Notes under the pieces: generated by a model
What the model was told of the DNA's origin: nothing
Seen by the model: only the letters and a program-made list of their open reading frames with translations
Databases searched by the model: none
Origin: a virus
Direction: 5' to 3' (one strand)
Virus record (IMG/VR): IMGVR_UViG_3300020599_000003
Coordinates: 1-64,000 of that record
Length of the DNA stretch: 64,000 bases
Made by a program: the position numbers and the translations under genes
Shown: positions 1 to 8,630 of the stretch, piece after piece
Numbering within the stretch: the stretch's first letter is position 1
Layout of the letters: each line of letters starts with the position of its first letter

Positions 1-2
1 CA

Positions 3-476
3 CAGAGCCCGGTTCTGAACTTCACCGAGCGGTACATCGACGAGACCGGTCAGGCCCAGGCCCGGATGCGCCCGATGTCGCTGCTCCGATTCCTGACCGA
101 GTGGATCAAGTATCGCATCGACCTGGAGAAGCGCGCGTGCGACTATTGGATCAAGGAGGCTGATAAGGCAATCCGTAAGCTCGAACTCCTGATGATGGCG
201 TGCGACAATCTGGAGTTCCTGTTCCAGCTCTTGAAATCCAAGCTCGATCGGGCTGGAATGAACGCCAAGATCGCCGCCAAGTTCAAGATCACGCCCGAGG
301 AAGCCAACGTCATCACGGAGATGAAGTACTTCCAGCTCTCGAAGCTGGAACGTGAAGCTCTTCAGAATCAGAAGAAGCAGGTGCAGGCGGACAAGGCCGA
401 GCTGAACAAACGGAAAACCAATCCTCGTCCGTATCTCGCAAAGCAATTGGAGAAATTGGCTGAGCTCGCCGCCTGA
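3..476 (+). CDS. Type II topoisomerase subunit A (GyrA/ParC-like), C-terminal part; 5' end lies outside the window
   Basis: Frame is open from the window edge (QSPVLNFTERYIDE...). KFKITPEEANVITEMKYFQLSKLEREAL resembles the conserved GyrA/ParC coiled-coil end (QAxAILxMxLxxLxxLE). No beta-pinwheel CTD follows. Confidence 0.7.
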   Translation, partial: QSPVLNFTERYIDETGQAQARMRPMSLLRFLTEWIKYRIDLEKRACDYWIKEADKAIRKLELLMMACDNLEFLFQLLKSKLDRAGMNAKIAAKFKITPEEANVITEMKYFQLSKLEREALQNQKKQVQADKAELNKRKTNPRPYLAKQLEKLAELAA

Positions 477-523
477 CCAATTTTAGGTGGCCTACACACA
501 ACCCACTCTGTAAGGAAGAAACC

Positions 524-715
524 ATGGCCCGCAAAGACCTGCCGCCCGAAGCCCAACGCATCCTCGACGAAGCCGAGGAGCGGCTGAAGGCCGAGTACGA
601 AGCCAAGAAATCGCAGCTGGAAGCTGCCGCCGCACGTCGCCCCTGGACCGTCATAGCGTGGTCCGCCGCCGCTGGCGCTGTCTTGGCGATCCTGGTGCTG
701 AAAGTCCTGTTCTAA
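524..715 (+). CDS. Small protein with C-terminal transmembrane helix
   Basis: RBS AAGGA; hydrophobic WTVIAWSAAAGAVLAILVLKVLF. Confidence 0.7.
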   Translation: MARKDLPPEAQRILDEAEERLKAEYEAKKSQLEAAAARRPWTVIAWSAAAGAVLAILVLKVLF

Positions 716-720
716 TCCAG

Positions 721-749
721 TTTTCATTGCCACAGAAATGTGGTAAAAT
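721..749 (+). promoter_or_regulatory. Sigma70-like promoter with extended -10
   Basis: TTTTCA-17 nt-TAAAAT with TG at -15/-14, upstream of the H1-like gene. Confidence 0.5.
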
Positions 750-828
750 AATGGTACGGGGGTCATCAATCCCCTGGCCTTCAACTCCACGGGCGGTAAG
801 CCCATCTCAATATTCGGAGAATCCCGCA

Positions 829-1245
829 ATGTCGATCCTGAATCAAGCTCAGCAACTGACCAAGGAAATCAAGGCCCTGACCAAGGCTCTGAACCAGAAG
901 ACCAAGGAAAACGCCAAGCTGACCGCCCGCATCGCCAAGCTGACCGGCGGCAAGGCCGCTCCGGCTGGCAAGGCCGGTCGCCCGGCGAAAGCCGCTGGCA
1001 CCGCCAAGAAGATCGCTCGCCCCGCCGACCAGAAGCCCGCTGGCAAACCTGGTCGTCCGGCCAACGCGGTCAAGAAAGCGGCTGGCAAGCCGGGCCGTCC
1101 TGCTCAGCAAGCCCAGAAGCCCGCTGGCAAGCCGGGACGTCCTGCTGGCAAGTCCGTCGGTCGTCCGGCCAACGCAGTCAAGAAGGCCGCGAAACCGGCC
1201 GGTCGTCCCGCCAAGCCTGCTGCGCAGGACGAGTTCAACTGGTAA
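829..1245 (+). CDS. Histone H1-like / AT-hook-like Lys-Ala-Pro-rich DNA-binding protein
   Basis: RBS GGAG before ATG 829. N-terminal coiled coil, six GRPA repeats (e.g. KPAGKPGRPA), C-terminal DEFNW. Confidence 0.75.
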   Translation: MSILNQAQQLTKEIKALTKALNQKTKENAKLTARIAKLTGGKAAPAGKAGRPAKAAGTAKKIARPADQKPAGKPGRPANAVKKAAGKPGRPAQQAQKPAGKPGRPAGKSVGRPANAVKKAAKPAGRPAKPAAQDEFNW

Positions 1246-1278
1246 TCAGACCTACCGTCTGAACTCCCCTGAACCCTA

Positions 1279-1308
1279 ACAACGAGCCTCCCTAGGGAGG
1301 CTCGTTGT
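1279..1308. terminator. 30-bp perfect palindrome, likely intrinsic terminator
   Basis: ACAACGAGCCTCCCTAGGGAGGCTCGTTGT, 34 nt after the H1-like stop. Confidence 0.7.
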
Positions 1309-1373
1309 GTATTTGTCCGTGCTGGCGCGGGCAGGCACTCCATTTTCTCACTCCTATCTTAATAGAGGATCCC

Positions 1374-2189
1374 ATGACTACGAAGCTTGAACAAGTCCAG
1401 GAGTTCCTGGCCCGCGCGTTGAACGTCGTCAACACTATCAACACTCGCAATCGCGAAGATCGCCTGAAGCTGGCGCAGAAGCTCGTCAGCGACGCGGCTG
1501 CGCTTCGTGTGCGTGGGACTGCTCCCGTGCTCAAGCGCGTCACCAACGAAATCAATTCGGCCCTATCGGCCGTACAGGCCGTTAAGCCCGGCACCTACAT
1601 CGGCTTGAAGTTCGATGAGCTGAAGAACGCCCAGAACGATCTGGCTCGACTCGCTGCCGCAGGCGGTGAAGGGTACGACGAGATCGTACACGAAGGCCAC
1701 CCGCCCAGCAAAACCAGAGACCCGCAGAACTATCTCACGGATTTCGAGGAACAGATCTTCAAGCAGCATGGGCGAGAGACTCCGAAGGTCACCATTGGCA
1801 ATCGCCCGTTCGCGGTGCATCGCGTGCCGCTGATTGCCATCACCAAGCCGATCATCAACACCGACACCCTGAACCGTGTAGGCGTGAAGTCTCAGACAGT
1901 CAACCAATACTCGGTCATCCACGGGCAGATCGTCATCGGCATTTCGCATAAGACTAGCTTCCGTGAGCAGGAGGGTCGTAGAGCCAAGACCACCCTCCAG
2001 AAGGCTGAGGAAGTGGCTGATATGATTTCCAAGACCACTCGCAAGGTCGTCAAGCCTGTCACCGATCGCGGTTACGCCTATGGCGGCGCAACGTGGTTCT
2101 GGTTCGCTGACGACCGCACCATGAACGCACTGTACAAGGCGGCAAAGGGTTCGCTCAAGGTAGAGCAATGGGGCTTCGCTTTCAATTGA
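1374..2189 (+). CDS. Hypothetical protein
   Basis: RBS GAGG; long ORF with typical codon usage. Confidence 0.75.
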   Translation: MTTKLEQVQEFLARALNVVNTINTRNREDRLKLAQKLVSDAAALRVRGTAPVLKRVTNEINSALSAVQAVKPGTYIGLKFDELKNAQNDLARLAAAGGEGYDEIVHEGHPPSKTRDPQNYLTDFEEQIFKQHGRETPKVTIGNRPFAVHRVPLIAITKPIINTDTLNRVGVKSQTVNQYSVIHGQIVIGISHKTSFREQEGRRAKTTLQKAEEVADMISKTTRKVVKPVTDRGYAYGGATWFWFADDRTMNALYKAAKGSLKVEQWGFAFN

Positions 2190-2212
2190 CCAACTCAACA
2201 GAAGGAACTCAC

Positions 2213-2677
2213 ATGAAACTCCACATGGTCTACGTGACCCTCAGCGAAGAATCCCAGGCGCGTCTGGGTCGTCTGTTTGCCGCCGCGCCTGTTGACATCC
2301 GCCCCGCCTCTCTGTACTCGCCTGTCATCATGACGTCGATGGAACCCAGACTTACCGAGGAGGATAAGCGCCGCACGTTCGAGGTTGACCCGAGCGGCTT
2401 CGCGTACCCATACTCGGCAGTGACCGGCCAGACGCTGCTGATCATCAAGCTGGTGAGCCCGCAGTTGGACGAATACTATCTGGAGCTCAAGGCCAAGTAT
2501 GGTGGCTTCCGCTCCTACTTCGGATCCGACGTGGACTACCCCTACCTGCTCGTTGGTACTGGTAACGACCTCAACAACACGCAACGCGGCTGGATCTCCA
2601 ACATGGGCACCACGCTCCAGCGCTCGTCGGAAAGCTTCATCCTGACCAACGCGACCGTCGGTGTGGGTGAGCTGTGA
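2213..2677 (+). CDS. Hypothetical protein, possibly a degenerate 2H-phosphoesterase (Acb1/gp57B-like) fold
   Basis: RBS AAGGA. Segment order resembles T4 gp57B, but the HxT motifs are replaced (YSP, PYLL). Confidence 0.4.
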   Translation: MKLHMVYVTLSEESQARLGRLFAAAPVDIRPASLYSPVIMTSMEPRLTEEDKRRTFEVDPSGFAYPYSAVTGQTLLIIKLVSPQLDEYYLELKAKYGGFRSYFGSDVDYPYLLVGTGNDLNNTQRGWISNMGTTLQRSSESFILTNATVGVGEL

Positions 2678-3126
2678 TCAATCTACCGGACACCTTAGCC
2701 ATGAAGCATCGCGATCTGTATATCGAGATCGCGCGTGCTTGTGCCAAGAAGTCACACGCCAAGCGTGGCGGAGTCGGTGCGGTGATTGTTTCGCCGAACG
2801 GCTCCATCATCAGCCACGGCTGGAATGGTATGCCGTCTGGAATGGACAATTGCTGCGAGGACGAGCCGGAACCTGGCGTGCTGGTCACCAAGCCGGAGGT
2901 CCTGCACGCCGAGCTCAACGCAATCGGCAAGGCTGCTGAGGAGGGGCGTTCCCTACGGGGCGCAACCATGTTCGTCACGCTCAGCCCGTGCCTCAGCGCC
3001 GGTTGCAGTAAATTGATTCACAGGTCGGGCATTTCGCACGTCCACTACCTCGAAGAATACCGGGACACCTCCGGTATTGATTTCCTCCGCGCTTGCGGAG
3101 TCTTGGTCACAAAGGAACCTGAATGA
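2674..3126 (+). CDS. dCMP deaminase
   Basis: VGAVIV..GWNG, HAELNAI, TLSPCLSAGC zinc-deaminase motifs. Confidence 0.92.
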   Translation: MINLPDTLAMKHRDLYIEIARACAKKSHAKRGGVGAVIVSPNGSIISHGWNGMPSGMDNCCEDEPEPGVLVTKPEVLHAELNAIGKAAEEGRSLRGATMFVTLSPCLSAGCSKLIHRSGISHVHYLEEYRDTSGIDFLRACGVLVTKEPE

Positions 3127-3533
3127 GCCACATCGTTTCTGCCTCCAATCTGTACGCCGATCCTAGTGTGCTGCGCATCGTCCGGCGCAAACTGTCCGAG
3201 GAATTCGGTGTAGATCCTCTGACCATCAGGACGGCCCATGCCAGCAACCTGACAGAGCTGGTCAAGTCCAAGGTGCATTGCGAGGGTGCGACCAACGCCG
3301 CCGTGCTGCGCAACTTCGCGGCAGGTGAATACTCGCTCCTGTCGGATGATCCGAAGAAACCCCAGCTCCCTCAATTCTCCGTGGCTGGGCCGCGCGACTT
3401 GACTATCAAGAAGGGCTCCTACCAGACAGACCGTGCCATCGTGAACAATCTGGATCGCATCAATGCGGCGCAGCCTCCGCTCCGGTCCATGGGCAAGCCT
3501 GCGCCCAGGGTATTCCTGTGGCGAGAAGCCTGA
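3123..3533 (+). CDS. Hypothetical protein
   Basis: ATGA overlap with the upstream gene. Confidence 0.65.
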   Translation: MSHIVSASNLYADPSVLRIVRRKLSEEFGVDPLTIRTAHASNLTELVKSKVHCEGATNAAVLRNFAAGEYSLLSDDPKKPQLPQFSVAGPRDLTIKKGSYQTDRAIVNNLDRINAAQPPLRSMGKPAPRVFLWREA

Positions 3534-3730
3534 TGGATTTGGTCAAACTGAACGTGGGCGACCGTGTGAAGGATTCATGGTGGCCCAACAACCCAGGGAG
3601 GGTCGTCAAGGTCAGGAAGACTCGCATCGTAGTCCGGTTCGATTACGAGCATGAAGCCCCTGCTGATTATTACGGCAACCCCCTTGTGTACGATCTCCCT
3701 CACGCCCACGCCTTCTTGCAGAAGGCATAA
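3533..3730 (+). CDS. Hypothetical protein
   Basis: TGATG stop/start coupling. Confidence 0.6.
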   Translation: MDLVKLNVGDRVKDSWWPNNPGRVVKVRKTRIVVRFDYEHEAPADYYGNPLVYDLPHAHAFLQKA

Positions 3731-3742
3731 CTGCTCGGTGGC

Positions 3743-4552
3743 ATGATGAAAGAAGAACAATCGCTGTACGATGTGCTGAAGGTCCCCCGCAACGCCAAAC
3801 CGCACGTCATCAAGGCGGCATATCGCGCCGAGGCCATGCGGCACCACCCTGATCGCTTGCCTCCCACTGCCACCGAAGAGGAGAAGGCTGCGGCCCTAGA
3901 ATCCTTCCAGAAGCTGCAAGACGCATACGATATCCTGATGGATCGTGAACGTCGCGAACAGTACGATCTGTCTGGTCAGGTGCCCAAGTCCAAACACCAG
4001 CTTGCCACGGAGGCTGCTGCGTTACTGCTCCAGGCGTTCACATCCGTCGTCGACCAGATGGCAACGCTGGTTGTAGAGAACCCTATCGCCGCCGAACACA
4101 TGCGGTCGCCGGTCGCTGTCATCCAGGACACCCTCAACGAACGCCTCGTCGACGTCCAGCAGCGTGTGCGTGCAGCCCGCGACAAACGCAAGGCTCTCAA
4201 GCGCGTTATCAAGGGGCTCCGCCGCAAGGACGGTGCGGATGTGTCGGCCACGCCCGTCATGCTCAGTCTCAACGAGCTGATCGTCGCGCAGGTCCGTAAC
4301 ATCGTCCTCGGTGAAACCGAGATGGAGGTGCTGCGCGTGGCCCTGAAGCTGAACGGTGAATGGGACTACACTAAGCCGCCCAAGTCTGAAGACGACTACG
4401 ACTCGATGTTGCAGCTCATGCGCCTCGCTTACGGCGATGCTGCGCCTCAGCCGACGGCTGCCGAAGCTGACGCCGAAGTCGAAGGTGACGACGGAGAGTG
4501 GCCTGACTGGGGAGAAAACAATGACGCTGAGCCTCAAGAACGCACCGCCTAA
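3743..4552 (+). CDS. J-domain (DnaJ-like) protein
   Basis: LYDVLKV...IKAAYR...HPDR...FQKLQDAYDIL...RREQYD; no Zn-finger or substrate-binding domain. Confidence 0.9.
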   Translation: MMKEEQSLYDVLKVPRNAKPHVIKAAYRAEAMRHHPDRLPPTATEEEKAAALESFQKLQDAYDILMDRERREQYDLSGQVPKSKHQLATEAAALLLQAFTSVVDQMATLVVENPIAAEHMRSPVAVIQDTLNERLVDVQQRVRAARDKRKALKRVIKGLRRKDGADVSATPVMLSLNELIVAQVRNIVLGETEMEVLRVALKLNGEWDYTKPPKSEDDYDSMLQLMRLAYGDAAPQPTAAEADAEVEGDDGEWPDWGENNDAEPQERTA

Positions 4553-4760
4553 CTTTCCCATCCAAGGGTCCGTGCCTGCCCTGCCTGAAGCTGGCACCGT
4601 GCAGCGTTGCCGCTTCACCGGCAACGGCGTCGAGTTCGCTGCTGTCATCTACGGCATCGCCCTGGACACCGTAACTCTGCGCCCTGTCCAACCCCTGCCG
4701 CCCGAGTGGCGTAGCATGGGATCAATCGAATTCCTCCCCGCCAACAAGGAGCAGTCATGA
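4521..4760 (+). CDS. Hypothetical protein
   Basis: RBS GGAG before ATG 4521. Confidence 0.6.
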   Translation: MTLSLKNAPPNFPIQGSVPALPEAGTVQRCRFTGNGVEFAAVIYGIALDTVTLRPVQPLPPEWRSMGSIEFLPANKEQS

Positions 4761-5299
4761 GCAACGTCCAACCGTTCACCCTCGACGATCTCAAGAAGCG
4801 CATCGCCGAGGACACGCAAGCAAAGTTCGGCGCCCTCATCCCGAAGGAAATGTTCGAGGGTCTGATCGAGGAATCCATCAAGGCGTTCTTCGAGAACACC
4901 CAGCGGTACGAGGTTAAGGAAATCACCCACCCTGACGACACACGCAAGCACCGCTACGAGCAGCGCAAGCTCAGCGTCTTGACGGAGGAGATGACTCCGT
5001 TCCGCCAGATGGTGTGGTTGCGCCTCAAGGTGCTGGTCGCTCCCATGATCGACGAATGGCTGGCTGCCAACGTCGAGCATTTGCGCACGCATGCCAACGA
5101 ACTGCTGAATGGCCCCGACCTCAGCAAGCCGTTCAACCAGGCAGTCGGTTCGCTGGCCGCAGTCGTGCAGCAACAGCAGATCTATACGGCCATGGACGCC
5201 GCCCTCAGCAACGTCGGCGCGCAAGTCACCATGGCGATGCAGACCCAGCTCATCCCCGACGGTATCGGCGTCGGTCTGGTCCCCGGAGTTCGCAGCTGA
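4757..5299 (+). CDS. Hypothetical protein
   Basis: ATGA overlap, RBS AAGGAG. Confidence 0.7.
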   Translation: MSNVQPFTLDDLKKRIAEDTQAKFGALIPKEMFEGLIEESIKAFFENTQRYEVKEITHPDDTRKHRYEQRKLSVLTEEMTPFRQMVWLRLKVLVAPMIDEWLAANVEHLRTHANELLNGPDLSKPFNQAVGSLAAVVQQQQIYTAMDAALSNVGAQVTMAMQTQLIPDGIGVGLVPGVRS

Positions 5300-5817
5300 T
5301 GCAATTGGACCGCAGGAGTTTCATCGGTCTGGCAATGGCCTCCTCAGTGGTGTCGGCGGAAGAGCTGTCGGCGTTCAATGCCCTCGCGGCGACGCCCCCT
5401 CTCGACCTCAACCCTACCACGATCGCTGTAACCGACCCTGGCCCTTTCTATCTCGATATCGAGGGATTCGGATTCATCGTCAATGGCGTGCTGCCCACCA
5501 TGCTGGCTGGTGCAGCGCAGACGGTCATCCACATACCGTCCGGGACAGTCGTCCGTGACAACACTGGCAACGTCCCGGAGAAGTGGGTGGACATCAACGT
5601 CCTCGGTGACACACTTGATCAGTGCTGCGCGTGGCCTTACCCGGCTCCGGCACCTGCCAAGCTTGGTGAGCCGCTGACGGCAGCTTACGAAGAAGCTCGC
5701 AAGTTCCTCTTGTTCATTGCCCGTGACGTCCAGACCGAAGCGGGTCGCATGCGCCTGAAGCAGAAGCACGCTTCGCTGCGCGGGAAGCAATCAACCTACA
5801 CGGATTGGTACAACTGA
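5299..5817 (+). CDS. Twin-arginine (Tat) signal-containing protein, paralog 1
   Basis: MQLDRRSFIGLAMASS; TGATG coupling. Confidence 0.65.
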   Translation: MQLDRRSFIGLAMASSVVSAEELSAFNALAATPPLDLNPTTIAVTDPGPFYLDIEGFGFIVNGVLPTMLAGAAQTVIHIPSGTVVRDNTGNVPEKWVDINVLGDTLDQCCAWPYPAPAPAKLGEPLTAAYEEARKFLLFIARDVQTEAGRMRLKQKHASLRGKQSTYTDWYN

Positions 5818-5818
5818 T

Positions 5819-6373
5819 ATGCAACGTCGCTCATTCTTCAAGACCCTCGCAGCCGTCGCTGGTTATCTCGGTGCTTCCAAGGTGGCCGGTGCGATGGCGT
5901 TGCCCTCTACAGCACCTGACCCGCTGGAAGTCATGCCCATCTCCGCACTTCCGACATCGACTGCGGAAGCTTCGCAGGAAGGCCCGTTCATCGTGACGCT
6001 GAACGGTCTCGGCTTCATCACCGAGCGCCTCTTCACCGTCGTGCAGCACAGCTCCGAATTCACGTGCGATGCAAGCACTGGCATCGTGCTGAAGAACAAG
6101 ATCGCCACGCAGGGTGGTCACTTCATCGAAGTTGGTGAATCCCTGGAGATTCCAATCCTCGACCACCTGATCGACACCGCCGCAATGTGGCCCGACCTTG
6201 ACCCGGACGACGAACTGAACGATGAGGTGGCAGGCCGTGCTCGCAAAGCTGGTATCTGGGCACATCTTGTGCACGCGGCTCTGCTCCGTGACAGGGATAC
6301 TGCCAAACGCATCCGCGCTTTCCACGCTGCATCCATCGGCAAGGCAACCCACTACAGCGACTGGCCTGTATAA
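5819..6373 (+). CDS. Twin-arginine (Tat) signal-containing protein, paralog 2
   Basis: MQRRSFFKTLAAVAGYLGASKVAGAMA; shares blocks with paralog 1. Confidence 0.7.
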   Translation: MQRRSFFKTLAAVAGYLGASKVAGAMALPSTAPDPLEVMPISALPTSTAEASQEGPFIVTLNGLGFITERLFTVVQHSSEFTCDASTGIVLKNKIATQGGHFIEVGESLEIPILDHLIDTAAMWPDLDPDDELNDEVAGRARKAGIWAHLVHAALLRDRDTAKRIRAFHAASIGKATHYSDWPV

Positions 6374-6383
6374 GGAGCTCTCC

Positions 6384-6632
6384 ATGAGCAATCAACTCCA
6401 CGACCTCGTCGTGCTGTCGTTCTCGTTTGCCGCGCATACGCTTCACGTTCGCAACACGATCGCCAGGGCGGCTGGTAGCAGCAGGCGCATGGGCGGTCCA
6501 GGCTACCAGTATGGTATGTCCGCTGACCGGGTGAATCAGTTCAAGCGGATGTGCTCGGTGCGCAGGCAGGTGGATCGGGCGGCGCAGCCCAATGGTTTCT
6601 GGTCCAGGGCTGGATCGCTACCATCCAGGTAG
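6384..6632 (+). CDS. Hypothetical protein
   Basis: RBS AAGGAG before ATG 6384. Confidence 0.55.
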   Translation: MSNQLHDLVVLSFSFAAHTLHVRNTIARAAGSSRRMGGPGYQYGMSADRVNQFKRMCSVRRQVDRAAQPNGFWSRAGSLPSR

Positions 6633-6639
6633 AACCATC

Positions 6640-7089
6640 ATGATTCCGCACCAAATCCTAGATCATTGCTGGGTCTGCGGGGTCCGGTTCAACACGTCGA
6701 ATCCACCTGGACCCGCAACCGAGGAGCGACATCACATCATACCTGTCGCGGCTGGTGGAAGAGATGGGCCGCAAGTTTCACTCTGCTCCGACCACCACAA
6801 TCTCCTCCACCGAGTATCGGAGCGGCTCCCGAACAAGCCGTACCACGATCTCGTTGGAGGAGAGAAGCACGCGCATCTGCCGAAGATCCTCTGGCTGGCT
6901 ACGCAAGCCTACAACGCTCTGGAGCAGGCTCGGGCCGATCCCAACAAGCACGTCATGCTGGCAGTACAACTGGACCCCGAACTTCGCCGCATGGTTGACG
7001 ATCTGAAGGGTGTGGTAGGCGTAGGCAGTCGCAGCAAGGTCGTCAGGTACGCCATACGGGCTCTGCATGCAAGACACTTCACCAAGTAG
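6640..7089 (+). CDS. HNH endonuclease with C-terminal ribbon-helix-helix-like domain
   Basis: CWVC...EERHHIIPVAAGG...LCSDHH, then VQLDPELRRMVDDL...SRSKVVRYAIRAL (CopG-like). Confidence 0.75.
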   Translation: MIPHQILDHCWVCGVRFNTSNPPGPATEERHHIIPVAAGGRDGPQVSLCSDHHNLLHRVSERLPNKPYHDLVGGEKHAHLPKILWLATQAYNALEQARADPNKHVMLAVQLDPELRRMVDDLKGVVGVGSRSKVVRYAIRALHARHFTK

Positions 7090-7171
7090 CATCCCCGCCA
7101 CGGACCGTAAAGCCCTGGCGGGTTTTGCCGTTTGGCCCGGCAATACGCGCCAAAACCCCGTAAAATGGGGG

Positions 7172-7200
7172 TTGCGGTCCGGCCAGAACCGAGTTATAAT
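7172..7200 (+). promoter_or_regulatory. Sigma70-like promoter
   Basis: TTGCGG-17 nt-TATAAT in intergenic DNA. Confidence 0.65.
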
Positions 7201-7401
7201 AAACTCAGGGGCATCCGCCCGCCAAAATTTTGGAGCCAATTATGCCAGAAGCGGGTGGCGGAGCTCCCTGGAAGGGTCGTGACCAATCATCAAGACCTGG
7301 ATCCGACGCATGAAGGACCTGGCGTGGGTCTGGACAACCTCCACTGCGACGCTCGCCTCGTCATCGGTAGATAAGCCCTCGGCCCTTCGGGCCAATCACA
7401 C

Positions 7402-7743
7402 ATGAGGAATTATGATGAATCTGATGAACCTGATGAACCTGATCGAAACCCTCCGCAATGTAAGACCGCAGCCATGAGCACTCCGTCTGGGCGCATCTCC
7501 CGGGAGCTCGCATACGACAAGCTGATTAGCTTGCGCCACGACCTCTCAAGGTTCGAGGCGCTGCTGTTCTCGACTGCCACTGACCTCCAGTGCGACAACC
7601 CTGGGACACTCCTATCCATCCAGGAGGCTCGTGAATCCGTGGCGCGTGGCCTTTGGTATCACTCCGCTGCCCATTGCAGCAACACTCCAATCCACGAAGA
7701 AGTTAAGACCTCCCTTCTAACCCTCTTCCCCGACTTGATCTGA
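7402..7743 (+). CDS. Hypothetical protein
   Basis: ORF downstream of the promoter. Confidence 0.55.
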   Translation: MRNYDESDEPDEPDRNPPQCKTAAMSTPSGRISRELAYDKLISLRHDLSRFEALLFSTATDLQCDNPGTLLSIQEARESVARGLWYHSAAHCSNTPIHEEVKTSLLTLFPDLI

Positions 7744-7750
7744 TTTCCAA

Positions 7751-8428
7751 ATGTCCAAGAACGCTATCCAATACCGCTGCGGCATGTGCCTCCACTTCAA
7801 TCAGAACGCCCACCCAGCCAAAGGGAATGGTCAGGTTTGCAGTAAGCTCGGCATCAAGGCGTACAACGTCGCACCGCGATGCTTCACTCCGGACGTCACC
7901 AAGCTGGTCGAAAACAACGAGGATCTGGCTGCTCTGGCTCTGGCATTCGGATCCCTCACTTCGCAGCAGAAGACCATCTTCGTGGCGCTCCTGCAGACCA
8001 ATCGGGGCAAGCGCCCGTTCCCGATCGGGCAGAAGCTGTACTTCCGAGCGGTCGGCGGGGACTACCTTCAGAACTACCTCACAGGATTCGTGATGGGCTA
8101 CACGTCCACGCGCCAGATCATCCTGTCCGGCAGCCCCGAGAACAAGACGCGGGGTCGCCTGTTCTTGGCGTACCTAGAAGAGGAATCGGTCATGTCCCCC
8201 ACACAGTGGAAGAAGAAGCGGTACGAACTCATCAAGGCCGACCGCCTCATCGACCCCAAGAAGCCGCTCACCAAGATCAAGAAGATCGACATCGACTACG
8301 AGCCGCCCACCATCGACCAAGCTCCGAAGGAGTGGAAGGACAGTCAGAAGGCCAGACGCCCGCGCATTCCCCGTGGCGATGAAACCGTGAAAGACCTGAC
8401 CATCGAAATCCACCGCCAGGATCGCTGA
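7751..8428 (+). CDS. Hypothetical protein with N-terminal Cys/His cluster
   Basis: CGMCLHF...C...C. Confidence 0.7.
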   Translation: MSKNAIQYRCGMCLHFNQNAHPAKGNGQVCSKLGIKAYNVAPRCFTPDVTKLVENNEDLAALALAFGSLTSQQKTIFVALLQTNRGKRPFPIGQKLYFRAVGGDYLQNYLTGFVMGYTSTRQIILSGSPENKTRGRLFLAYLEEESVMSPTQWKKKRYELIKADRLIDPKKPLTKIKKIDIDYEPPTIDQAPKEWKDSQKARRPRIPRGDETVKDLTIEIHRQDR

Positions 8429-8429
8429 C

Positions 8430-8627
8430 ATGTACATCCTCGTCCTCACTTTCATCCTTGTCAACCTCGGACACACCTCGACAGCCACGACCCACATCCA
8501 GTTCACTTCCGAGGAAACCTGCGAGGCAGCTCGTGCCTCGTGGGCGCGGTCCCAGGTAACCGTGAATCGAATGGAATCCCTCAAGAGCAGCAAGTACGTA
8601 GTCGTCGGAATCTGCCACAAGCAGTAA
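8430..8627 (+). CDS. Small secreted or membrane protein
   Basis: Hydrophobic N-terminus; F.SEETCEAA...C pattern. Confidence 0.6.
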   Translation: MYILVLTFILVNLGHTSTATTHIQFTSEETCEAARASWARSQVTVNRMESLKSSKYVVVGICHKQ

Positions 8628-8630
8628 GTC

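Noticed and set aside
658-828. Upstream extensions in the ORF track (658, 1305, 5014, 12850, 20570, 22635, 30973)
   Set aside because: They run through promoters, terminators, repeats or upstream genes; downstream ATGs have better RBSs or stop/start coupling.
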